From Hydrolagus affinis (Eukaryota), in the NCBI GenBank assembly GCA_012026655.1, contig JAAILG010000019.1, positions 1 to 64,000 on the forward strand: a DNA stretch of 64,000 nt, read 5' to 3'. The translations under genes were made by a program, and so were the position numbers. The notes below the pieces were generated by a model. That model was not told where the DNA came from, ran no database searches, and worked only from the letters and a program-made list of their open reading frames with translations. Below are positions 11,566 to 23,749 of the stretch, in pieces (within the stretch, counting starts at the first letter, position 1; each line of letters begins with the position of its first letter).

Positions 11566-11845
11566 AAATCTGGCTGTATCCGTGCTCCATTTTTGTCCAC
11601 CTATTCCCAAGGTAGCCTCTAATCTTATTCAGTCATCCTCTTCCTCACTGATATCCAAGTCAAGCTCTTTCCAAATGCGAGTTTTTCATGCAGGTGTGAT
11701 AATCTGGTTGCTTCTGCTGATCCTTTGTATGGCAGTTGCTATAACTCCCTTGTTTGTAATACCATCAGATTGCAGCAAAGTTCGGCTGTTTTCTTCTTCA
11801 TGGACTCCTGTCCTAAGCTACCTCCAAGGACCCCCTCCATTCTGA
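11566..11845 (+). CDS. AKAP6: Terminal exon encoding a KASH domain (TM + luminal PPPF tail), predicted AKAP6 C-terminus
   Basis: tctttctttcccttcag|A acceptor; FQMRVFHAGVIIWLLLLILCMAVAITPLFVIPSDCSKVRLFSSSWTPVLSYLQGPPPF-stop aligns without gaps to recalled nesprin-1 KASH. KASH identity is strong; linkage to AKAP6 is inferred from splice phase. Confidence 0.8.
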
Positions 11846-12692
11846 CTTACAGTTTATTAAATGTCCTGCTTTTTGTGGCAATAGGCATTTTTTGATATCT
11901 AAAGGAATATCATAGCATTTGCATTTACAATACCAAGGTGTAATTTTGTTTCAATTTCTGTAATGGCATTTGATATGAATGCATTTGGAATATATCAGAG
12001 TAATACTTGGAAATTATTGGGGCAATGTGTCAATTTGAAATAAAACAACTTTTATCATGCATACACATGCATATGCAAACAAAAGATATTGGCTGAGTTG
12101 TGTTAACTGTGCTTCATCTGTCAAGCGGAGCCCTGGATTTTATTGGATAATTTACCTTCAATTATTAAAATATGGCAAGTAGCATATTAGTTAAAAGAGA
12201 AATCTGAAGTTTATATTGAGTATCAATTATAATATATTGATAAACATGTAAGCAAAGTTAAAAGAAAACCAACATAGAATTCATAGATCGAATCTATGCA
12301 ATACTGAAACTTTAAAAAAAATTGAACAAATTGTTGTACATTGAAATTATAGGCATTTCATTTGGTTCAGTACCATCATTTTCTTATTTGCTCTTAAAGG
12401 GAAAAAGAAAGAAATGTTTTAACAATGTGTGCCTTGCTGTATTTCTTATACCTTTTGTTAAAAAGCTGCATTTCCCTGAAGTTGGTTTAAAGATATGATA
12501 TAGCAAGGTTAGGCTGTGTGTATAATTTCTGTACATATGTACAAGAAAATGCTAACATTGATGTATATGATATACAATGCTTTCTTGTTTTGTGTTAACT
12601 TGTCCAGTGGTGTAGAAATATTAAGCCTTAAACTGTTAGATTGCATGGGTAAATTAAAGTTGGCAAATAAAAATAATTTATCAGACAATAAA
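11846..12692 (+). terminator. AKAP6: Candidate 3' UTR with polyadenylation signals
   Basis: AATAAA at 12039-12044, 12666-12671 and 12687-12692 downstream of the KASH stop. Confidence 0.45.
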
Positions 12693-13849
12693 GTGGACTG
12701 AGTTATTGGTTTTCAAAGATACAGTAACATATTTTCTAAGAAAGAGAAGCTAACAGTGGTCTATGCTTTTGGGATTTAATACTTTGTGTTAAAGGGAGAA
12801 AATAACAAATCAAATATTTAATGATATAATTGTTGTGAAACATCAACAGTGTTCAAGATGGCACTGATCGCCTCTTCTCCTTCACCACAATCAACATAAA
12901 CATTACAGTATTTCTTACACTGCTTTTTAGCACTTGGGAGCACAGCTGTGACATCACAAAGAGGTGACAATATTCTACAGTTGGAAGTCCCATTAAGTGA
13001 ACATACCCACTGTAAATCAGCACAAAAACTGTTTTTTTATTAGTAAAAAGAATTAACAACATAATTTGAATGTTTAATTTCATAACAATCTAACAGTGAA
13101 GAATTAAAGATTACTAGAAGATCAAATCTGAAGACAAATAGGTAAGATCAATATTGTTTAAAAAGATATTAGAAGAGGTTTAATACAGATACAGAAAATG
13201 AATGATTTTTAGATCTAGGCAGAATAACTGATTAATAAGATTAATTTAAAAAATGAACAACATCCATCCTTGCATTTGATGTTAGGAGAATGTCTCAAAG
13301 CATTTACAGGAATTACAGCAAAGTGTAGTGACTGCATATTACATAAGTAGATTGGCATAATGTTAAATAATATGTGAAAAATGGGAGTTGGGAGGAAAAT
13401 AATGTAATTGAAATTACGGGTAAGATTTTAAAAAATCATTCAGAAATGTTTAAACAATTAATTGACAAAAGATAGAAACTAGAGAGAAATTGTAATGTAT
13501 AGTAAAAAAAAATTGGGCCTTGAATGGAAGATTAGTTATAGTTTAATTTATGCTGATTATTTATGAGGTTATTTGAATTGATTCTTCTTAAGGAACTGTG
13601 GGATCATTACACAATGATGATTTGGGTATTGAAAGAATGTGTAGAGAAGACATTTGATTATTAAGTAAAATTACCTATGTATAAACTATTGCTATATTTA
13701 AGGCACTACTTAGAATTCATTATAATTAGATTGTATTCAAATTTGTGTGAGAAATAGCCTTATCTTTGTTATAATTTTTTGTGTTATAGTTGAGGTCAGG
13801 TTCACAATTGCAAATAAGTATGACTATTAATAGTAATATGCTATATTAC

Positions 13850-13916
13850 ACAAACAAACAAACAAAATTACCTTTATAGTGTGCCTTTCACATCAGGAGG
13901 AAGTCCCAAGGTGCTG
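13850..13916 (-). mobile_element. L2 LINE 3' tail fragment
   Basis: caaacaaacaaaattacctttatagtgtgcctttcacatcaggaggaagtcccaagg resembles the tails at 29575, 28230-28295 and 62398-62456. Confidence 0.65.
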
Positions 13917-14519
13917 ATACTGTATTAAGTAAGTATTGGAATCTGAAGTTCAGATAAATTATCGATTATTTTAAATGAAAGGTTATTCATGATCCCTACA
14001 AAAACAATCATTGTAACAGATCTACTTCTTTAGGCAATTCAACCAAAAGATGGAATTTAGGAACAGTATAGTCCAGAGATTGCCCTATTTAAACTGCTAG
14101 GTAACATTTCCATTGTTGCTTTGGTTTAATTTGTAAAACTTCACTGCCAGCATATGCTACAATTTCAGTTTATTTAGAATTTTTGGAGAACACCAAATGT
14201 TAATGCTCTAATCTTTTAATCTTCTAATATTGGATACATTGTGGAGGTCACCCAGGAATGTAATAGCATGTAATAAGGAAGTAAAAGGTAAGTAGGAAAG
14301 TTTGCTTGGAAATGTTATATTCTCATCTAGGATTAGGCAGATATCTGAGGAATTGGAATGAAAAGCCTGACCTTGGGAATTCTAAGTTAATTTCTTTGAC
14401 ATCACAAATTGATTTTTTAAAGGCTTTCACCAAATTAATAGATGAGACAATTTCATTTGCTGCTTTGCATTCTGCCTTTCAAACTATTTGACAAAATATA
14501 TTTTGAGAAAGAATATTAA

Positions 14520-14630
14520 ATGATAATGCAGAGCAAGCAGGAAAATGGGATTGGATTGGCAATTTTGGGGGAAAAAAATAACAGCACAGATTTGATGGAC
14601 AGTTGGCCTCATTCAGTGCTGTAACATTGT
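14520..14630 (+). mobile_element. CR1 LINE 3' end remnant
   Basis: gcacagatttgatggacagttggcctcattcagtgctgtaa resembles the recalled CR1 3' terminal motif. Confidence 0.55.
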
Positions 14631-16829
14631 ACAAATAGATTGTTTAAAAAAAAAGGAAGAGTTCATGGAATTAGGATGCATCAGTAATGTGCACCAAGAA
14701 CTTCATAATCAATATAAACTGGAGAATAATTATAAATTCAAACTGGCAAAAGTGACTGGTAATAATCTTCGGGGATCATACTGTTACTTTTCTCAGTCAA
14801 CAACCTACATGAGAAGATCAAAAGCACAATTATCAAGTGGCCTGATAACACAAAATTGTGCATGTTATCAAAATCTGTGTATAAAGATGTAGATACTCAA
14901 ACGGATCTCGGAAGTCTCAGAGATTTTCTTAATACAGTAATTGACAAATGGTATTTATCAAGGATGCAAACTAATTATGAGGCTGATAAATATCATTATT
15001 TTTTATTACAAGATTAATAGTTTTAGTCTAAATCAAACAGAGCATAAACAGATTTGGGACTTGGTATTACAACAGTATTCAGTCAGTTGGTATTATAACC
15101 ATGCATAGGCAATGTGACAACACTATAAACCAGACAAGAGGAATCAGAGCATTCATTTTTGGAAGCTTGAAAAGCATTCTGTAGAAGTCTGATGATGTTA
15201 TTTTACTTTTCTATAGATGTTAGTGTTGCAGTGCTAATCTACTCGGCAGAATGAGTTTTGTGCATTGAATAACCTTTTCTCTTCGCATGGACTCTTAATC
15301 ATGTCACTCTCCATAGAAAGTTGCCCTGACTGTAAATATTAAAGAAATGTTGGTTTGAATTCAAGAAAACAGCATCTATATTTTATTAAAGCCTGTGCTA
15401 TAAAGGGAATACTTGATAGCAAACAGCTGTGTACAAGATTCCTGCCACTTCATTCAAGGAATAAAAACCATTCACAGCCCTTTCTCTACCAGATAACCTT
15501 GATACATCTCAAAGGGCACGAAACTGTCCACAAGGGATTATAAATTAGCTGCCTCCATCAATTAGTATGGAGTAAATAATATTTTGATACTGTATCTAGA
15601 AGGTATGAGCCACACTAAATATTATCTAACTATAAGAATGTATTATATTAATGACTGTCAATTTGAGTTCTGATCCAATGCCTAAAAATCTTTTCAGATA
15701 TGAAACACACCTTATTCTAACAGAGTGAAATTTTAAAGTCAAACATTTAGTTATTCCTATTGAAGATTAATTTCCTAATCCCATGGAATAAATACAATAC
15801 ACAGTGAATAACAAGATATCCAGATGCAGTAATTTATTTCCAGGAATATATTGATAAGATAATTATGGAGCAACTCCTGTAAGATATTTTCCTGTAAGAA
15901 ATTTTCATTATCCATGCTATATGATTATCTGTTTATTACACAATCACCTATTCGATTCTTCTATTTATTATACTGTAGTTATGCTACTCAATTTAAATTT
16001 AACTTTTTTTTACAACCAATCAATGTAAACAGCATGGTATAAATCCAGTTTAGTGAATCCAATTCTAAGGTGCTTATGAAGTTGTTTTGTATCACTTCTC
16101 TTTGAATCCACTGTAAAATAACTCCTCCCTGACTGCAACTGATGTGGATGATGACTTTAAATTCTTAAACCATATGCATAACAGTTACTGATAATCTTGA
16201 AGCTTTTTAACATTATTAGAAAGTCAACCACACACATATGGCTGCTTAATAACATAAAAAATTAACCGGTATCAGGTATCGATTTACAGAGCTCCACGTA
16301 TACCCTTGGGTATGCATGGCTTTTTAAAAAAAAACTTAGGCATATCCCCAGGTGAGAACAATTTGGAGCTAGTGATATAACTCTGCCAGCTCCAAACCAT
16401 TCCATTTCAGGCACTGCATCAAATTGGTATCTGTAGTGTGCTGCAGCATTTAAAGAGAAAGCGTTGGACTATTTGACCCTTTTTTCCAAACAAAAATGAA
16501 TCTAAGGAAAGAAAGTTAGAAAGTGTAACCCCACAATTTTGTTTTGCTTTCTTCATGTCAATCTGCCATTTAGATTTCTTTGTTTATTGAGTGTTCCTGA
16601 CATCACCAGCAATAATGGTTTGGAAACATTGTAGATTCCAACAGTGCCAGTGAATTTACATAAAGGGTTGGTAACTGGAGGTCTTTAGGACAAATGATTG
16701 TATCTCTAGTGCTGTCAATTCAATATCCTGATGATGCTGCCCTCATAACTAATCTCAATTAATATTCCTGATGCTGCATCAGAACTGAAGATCTGAACAA
16801 ATATAATAATCATTGCATTTAATATCAAC

Positions 16830-17122
16830 CTAGCACTTTGGTGAAACATCTCAGTGTATTTGTAGATGTCAATTTGCATGCAGCAGTGTCCCACAAATAA
16901 CCAACATGTAAATGACCAGTTTTTAATCTGGAGGGATTTTTAACGTGCACATAAACAGCAATTTAACATCTCATCCAAATTACAACATGTCAGACTGTGC
17001 AATGCTCCCCAGCATTGTACTGAATGTTGAAACTAACTGAGCTCACAGTCCTGACATTGTGCTTGAACTCACAACTTTCTGACTCAGAGGTGAAAGTGTT
17101 ACCAACTGAACCAGGCTGACAC
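16830..17122 (-). mobile_element. Degenerate Deu-domain SINE
   Basis: Reverse-complement Deu core (tttaacatctcatcc) and tRNA head (cttgaactcacaactttctgactcagagg..ccaactgaaccaggctgacac). Confidence 0.7.
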
Positions 17123-20100
17123 TGTTAAACTATTAAAATGTTTTCAAAAGTATTGAAAGCCCCCAAAAATCTAATGCACAATTCTTCATAAATTGATTTT
17201 TTTTAAATGCTGTACATTGATAAGAATATATCTCTTAACTGTTCAACATACGGACATTTAGTCTAGTCGAACATGCAATTCATTAAACTACACCCCAGTG
17301 AAACCATCCCATGCTATATTATTTGTAAAATACTGTATAGCACTTTAGTCTGTCCATAGGATGATTCATTCTAATTATTATTTATTCTATATTTGATGAG
17401 ATACATGGGCAAATCATGGGGTGGTAGAACAACCTTGTTCAATATTGAAACACGTTTAAAAGTCAAAGTGCAACATTGAATTAATTTATTCCTGAAACTT
17501 GATGCCACTAACATTAATATTGTGAAGATGGGGACTAAAACTATTAAATAACCATGTGTGGAGTTTTGTTATTTAAAGGAAACGTGTAGTGCAACCCTGG
17601 TCATTTTTGGAGAAGAGTTACAAATCAGAATTACTTACCGAAGCTGTCCTTTATTGTATTACCACACCAACTTTTCATTTTCTATCCCACTTGCTCTGCA
17701 AACAAGAAAACGATGAGAGTTTTATTGGAAGTACAACACTGTAGTGCTGGATCACAATCGCTCTTTGGAGAATATTCAATTACATTCAGAAATACATTGT
17801 ATCGTGGCTACAAACAAGTGTGAAGTACCATTTTCATGCAACTAAAACAATGTAACGAGAACTGCAAATCAGGGATCAGTTTGTACCCGATTATCTTCTG
17901 CCACAAATGAAATAATAAAGAGATAATTCCAAATGGCCTATATTCTCTGAACTTTTGTTTTAATAAAACATGGGGCGCGCAGGATTTTGTGCGTTGGTGT
18001 GAAATGATCATTTCAAATGGGTTCGTTGCTCTATATACGTAACACAAAACTGCGTTGACCCCCCCCCCCCCCCCGCCCCAATATTTCAGTTTTATTATCT
18101 GCATTTCCTTGCTCCCGTCGTTTCGAACCTTTTGAATGCTCTGCTGTCCTGGTTCTGCCAGTGTGTCATTACACAATATTTTGTGTTAATGATTTTAGGC
18201 TCCGTACAACTACAGAAAACGTTATAGTGGAATAAACGGAATGCAACCGATATGCAGTCTCTTTTTAATGCACGATATGAATTGAATAGCCGAAGTAACT
18301 TTTTTGTTACGGGTAGTAAAAGTGATGTTTTTATTCAAAAGACGCATTTTCTCCGCCAGATTCAAACCGGTCTGTCTTATTCCTTGTGTTAATGGAAGTT
18401 CTACGCAAATAATAAATAAGGGAAAACAGGTTTATCGTTCGCCTTTGAACATTAATAAATGTGTTGCAAAATTAATACTGGAGCGCATAATATTCTCTGA
18501 ATTGAATTTAAAAAACTATTCCCAAAGGTGTCACACGTAATTGACTATGTAGTGAAATTATATTTCAGATGGTAGGTTGTTAGATATTAATATTATAGTA
18601 TATTCAGTTACATATTTCCCTTCCGACACAAATATTTACTATTGGAATTAAAATCTGAAGAGCAAAAAGGTAAAAATTAATATTATTTGCAGGCACTCTG
18701 AATTTACGAGAAAAAAAAGACTTCTGCAAAATAAATAAATGGTATTTACAGCTGGCTGTTTGCAGATAAACCAATGTGCAAATTAAGTGCAAGTTACTCA
18801 GCGATATTTTACCGAACTTTCAATACTGTCCTTGGCACTTTATATAAAAGGAATTATTGTTCTTACGAAATGATCTTTCTGGAACAAAAACTTTTTCTGA
18901 TGTATTAAAATGTCCAGTATCCTCAGTGTTGTCCGTGTCCCTCATACACACTCGTGACCCTTTCTGAAACAAATGGAACTCACTCCCCGTTTGATTTGGA
19001 TACTCTCAAACATGGTGATTGGTTTCAAGATGTGCCCTCCCCTCTCCCCTCTCTCCCCCCAAACTGGACCAAGAAACATTCAGCATGCGTGAGAAACAAA
19101 ATACAGCCCATCGTTGAATGGTAAAACAATGCCTTGGCATTTGCCTGATCCCGATTCCTTCCAGCACACATTACTGGGAATACAATCGCACATGAGCCGC
19201 GGACAAATGGGATGTGCAATATATGATGCACAGCAGTCAGTGAGTGAGTGAGTGGGGGGGACGAAGTGACAACCAGCACCAAACTTTGTGGTAACATCAA
19301 TCAAGAACTGGGCACGGGCGCTGCACGCGCCAGATGACACTCCCATGACAGTTACATCTCCAAACCCACAAACCAACCACCTTCTTAAACACCGTTCATC
19401 CGTTCATTCTCTGCAGGATTTTTTTTTACAAAAAATGTTTTACTGCCTGCAAAGCGTGCGAGTAGGGCCGGTTGCAACATTGAGACACGCGCAGAGCAAC
19501 CGTCGCGCACAAAATGCTCGGTTGGAGTTCGGATTTAGACAAGTTGCGATACACCGAGAACTGCTTCATATGGTTTAGAAACCGCTAGTCGGGTTACTTT
19601 AAACCACAAATCAAACAATTCCCCCCCCCCACAACATACACAGGGGGAAAAAAACACGGCGATTCTTCCCATTCATATTTCTGCACTAACCATTGGCCAA
19701 TTAGCTTACGAGAGGTCCGCACTCGTCAGAAAGAAAAGCGTGTTTGTTGTTGAAAGTGTTTATAAGGCGGCTCCCACAGGTGGCCACATGAACGCCGCCA
19801 GCCACAAAAGCAAACCAGTCCTCGGTTCCTTTTATTTTAAAACCAACGAGGACAAGTCGAGGCAGCCAAGACCGGGTGTCTAAAACAAGTTCTTTAATAT
19901 ATAATAAATACCCCGAGCAATGGAGCCGTTTGTTTTCTTCTTCAAAAAAAAATACAATCCCCTTTCAGGTCACTATTTTCCTTTCTCATTTATATACAGC
20001 AAAGAGAGAGAGAGACTGGTGTGTGTGTTACACACCCGAGGGTATGACAGAGGAGACACCGGTCTTGACCCGGGACCAGAAATTAAAAACACATTTACCC

Positions 20101-20654
20101 TGAAGTCAACCAAATAGAGTATTAGCACCCCCCACATATGCATACACACACATATACACACACACACAACGTAGCTCAATATTATACCTTGCCTACTTTG
20201 GGGTAGTAGAGCGGCCGATTTAAGGTTCAGTGCTTTTGAAATTCTGTATGGCAAAGGGTCCTCAAAATGAAGGAAGAGGCGAGGGAGGGAAACAACATTT
20301 TTTGCAGGTTTAATTTAAAAAAATAAAGGCTTTCTTTGCACGCGCGCTCGTCCAATAAAAATACGCCTGATTGGGCGTGATTGGGCGTAAAACAGCCCAA
20401 CTCTTCAACTCTTTCTCTGTTCTTCGCCCCCCCTCCTCCACCCTCCGCCCCATTCAAAAAAAACGTTCGGATCCCAACGGTCGAGAAAGTCGTGCGCGTG
20501 CACGTCGTGACGTATCCACACCCCCACGCGCGCGCGCACATACACACACACATACTCACACGTGAGGCGCGAGGTGGCGGAGCTGAGCATCACGATTGGC
20601 CGCCAAAGCGCCGGGCGCCAGAATTGCTATTAAGCGTCAACGAACCGGCAGCGA

Positions 20655-20689
20655 GCTGTACCTCGAGCTCGTCAGCTTCCAGTCCCAGG
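20655..20689 (+). other. NPAS3: Candidate short non-coding first exon of NPAS3
   Basis: Starts about 25-30 nt after tattaa (start approximate); strong donor AGG|gtaagt after 20689. Confidence 0.4.
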
Positions 20690-21019
20690 GTAAGTTGGGG
20701 AGGGGGGTGGGGGGGCTTCACTTTCTCCGGCCAAATTGCAGCAAGTTTGAAAACCGTCTTCCAATCCTTTTTCCTTCTTCACCGGATCGACATGTCGTTT
20801 TCCACCGTTTAAGCTGCGTAAATCACAGTTATCGAATAGACATACCTCTCTCGTTCTCTCTCTCTCCATATATATATAAAAAGAAAATAAAGGGAAGCCC
20901 ACCCTCACGGAGTGGAAGTTATCACTAATGGGATTGAAGTTTAACTTGATACTCAAGAGAAAACCGCAGTTCACTAAGACGCAACCGTGGAGCTGGCCAT
21001 TGGAAATCCTAGCGCGGGG

Positions 21020-21106
21020 ATGATCAGGATTTTCCCGGATTTCAGTGTGCAAGTAACGGCAGCAACTGGTGGAGGAGGCGCCGCGGTTACTGCTGCACCT
21101 GGAGTG
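21020..21106 (+). CDS. NPAS3: NPAS3 upstream alternative first coding exon (MIRIFPDFSVQVTAATGGGG...), truncated by the assembly gap
   Basis: Peptide matches the recalled N-terminus of long predicted vertebrate NPAS3 isoforms (MIRIFPDFSVQVTAA...); 3' end falls in the N-run. Confidence 0.7.
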
Positions 21107-21206
21107 NNNNNNNNNNNNNNNNNNNNNNNNNNNNNNNNNNNNNNNNNNNNNNNNNNNNNNNNNNNNNNNNNNNNNNNNNNNNNNNNNNNNNNNNNNNNNN
21201 NNNNNN
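21107..21206. other. Assembly gap (100 N)
   Basis: Run of 100 n. Confidence 1.
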
Positions 21207-23749
21207 CACACACACACACACCCCCCCCCTCAATATTTATAGCAATATGTGGCATCTGGTTTTCCAAACACACTTTTTTTTATTTTATATTCATTTGCGT
21301 GGCGCAATGGGTTTTGGTTGAATTGGTACCAATTGCCACATGTTACCAATGATAAGTTATGCACGAAAGTTAATTTTGAAATATTACTACCAACATGTGG
21401 CAAAAACGCGTTGAACATTCTTGCAACTTGTCTCAGCAGCTTGGGAAGAAATGTTAAATATTTGACAAAAACTCTCCTATTAATAGGGGGGGGGGGAGCT
21501 TTAAATATACCAGAATGCAGGAAGGGAAGATGATAAGCAAACATGTAGGCAGATGCGCTAAGCAAAACGCTCCTTAACTCAAGGCCCAGTTCTTATAACC
21601 CAAATAATTTTATCCGCTCCTTGTGATCCATTAGTTTTAATAAAACAGAAATCTTGATGAAACTCATTGACTGTTTATTTCTGCGTCAACTGTGCTTGCT
21701 ATAAGCAGTATCCGTGTGGTATCTGCCAAATTCGAATCTAAAGATCAAAGTTATTTATATACGTGTATTTTGGGATATGAAAAAAAATCATTTTTGCAGT
21801 GTTGCTATTTTCGGGTGGGGGGGTGGGGGGGGGGAGATGATTGCTTTTAAACGGTGCTACTTCAAATCTCTTACTAGGCAGGACTAAGCTAAATGTTTCT
21901 TTTCCTTAAACAGGTTCTTTTGAAATGCAACTGTTTCTTTGCTATGTAGTGTACAAAAGCAATGTTATACTTAAAATAACATAAACAAATTAATCAGTTT
22001 TGTAAACTAACCACGGGCAAATATGTAGCCATTAATGTATTGAAATAAAATATAAACAATGAAAGATGTAAACAATAAAACTATGTAGATAACGGTCTCA
22101 AAATATGAAATGCCTAACCAGGATAGTGGGATTTGAAGACTAATAAGTTCTTCTGCACTCAAAAGTGAGATGATTTTAGATATTTCCACGATTTGTGGAT
22201 AGAGTATTTAATATACTTTTACAAATCGAAACTATTCAACATTTTTGAGAATGGTAATTAGCACTTAGTTATGCAAGTAACAGCGGCTGCATCGTCAACA
22301 GTCATGATTAACTAAATCTAGGTTTCTAACAATTCACGTATTGCTTGTTTAAAAACAAGTTCAAATGGCAAGAGAGACAGGAACAACGATGTTATGTGGT
22401 TACGAGACCGACTGAACAAAATTAGTATCTCCACTGTAATTCTTTTAAATCAACACATTGTAGAGTACAATAATTATAACCTAGAGATTACTTTTAGGAG
22501 GAGTAAGGGCTCTAAAATAGTCTCGAGTGCCATTTCGGCAACGCATAGGAAACAATCACAATATGAATGGAAATTTTTCGCATTTTATGGAGCTAGATTA
22601 TTGTGATTTGTAACTAACGCAAACAATATGATATTTCATTACATAGTTCTCGATTTTTTTTAAATGAAGAGAAAGTTACCAAAATGAATATTAGTGCGTA
22701 TAATTGACAAATTCTTAACATTTATTGTGCAAGCATAATTTGCCCAGCAAAATATGAGGCTCTTGCGCTAGAACAAATACTTTATCGCAACGTAGTGTTG
22801 CAATGAGTACCATACCAATCCAAATAAGTTACTACACTTTTCAAATTTGGGTCCAGATGTTATGTTTCTTATATGCAATGAAAAACAATCCTGTTTTTGA
22901 ATCGAAAGAAAAATACATGACATTGTCTACTATTTTTGTATACTTTTTTTTAAAAAAGTCTAGCATTTTTCCAACTCTCAGACCAGGTATCAGCTGAATA
23001 ACCTGTTACTTCATGGCCAAGGATTTGTCATGTTTGTCTGCAATTTAGTTTTGGACATCGCCAAATGCCCATCTATGGTTTTGCAGCAATGAGTTTTAAT
23101 TAGATTGCCACATTTTGTATAATCGCACGTGATTGGAAAACTGCACTTCAAAGTACCTGTCACACTTTAAATCAAAATGAAACGTCCTCGTTTTGCGCGA
23201 GTGACTGTAACATTTAGGTGACACACTTATTGAAACACGCTTCACTTTTATTGATGGAGTTTCAAGTTGATTGCTTGCAGAATATTTTGCCAAAACATTC
23301 AAAGGAAGTTACAAAACACGGAACATCTTTAGATGAATATTTCATAAAACATGTAATTGCTACTGTGATCCGCAGGACACCATTCATCCTGTGGTATCTG
23401 GCTTGCGGATGCTTTAGTAAATCATTGACGAAAGGAAATCTAGATTTTAATAATAATCACAGCAATCATTTTGCCAGGAAATATGTTTTTAAGGAAACCC
23501 TACAATAATTACTGGGACATATGCCAGGAGGCTTGGGTGACATTTACAAACTGAATAGGGTTTACATTAGACCAAACCACACAGCATTTTCTTTCTAAAT
23601 AAGATCATTTGTGTTTTGAATGTCACCTATCTCTTTAACGTTATGCAATAAAGTCGAAGCTTTTAAATCCGGTTATTTAGATCCCATCTGTAATGTGGTA
23701 TTATATCAAATCTCAGCTATTCTTCATAAAGTGAATAAAATAACAACTG

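Larger units (their letters stand above)
19300..21106. promoter_or_regulatory. NPAS3: CpG-rich NPAS3 upstream promoter region
   Basis: High CpG density; tandem reverse CCAAT (gattgggcgtgattgggcgt 20369-20388), CRE-like tgacgta 20508, E-box cacgtg 20559, attgg 20595, tattaa 20628. Confidence 0.75.

Noticed and set aside
11540-11845. 101-aa ORF as a stand-alone micro-KASH gene starting at ATG 11540
   Set aside because: The first codons (MNLSFFPF) are the polypyrimidine tract of a strong acceptor, no promoter is evident, and phases fit upstream AKAP6 exons. Not formally excluded.
19876-20928. Cluster of overlapping ORFs on both strands
   Set aside because: GC-rich promoter with microsatellites; low stop density, no recognisable product
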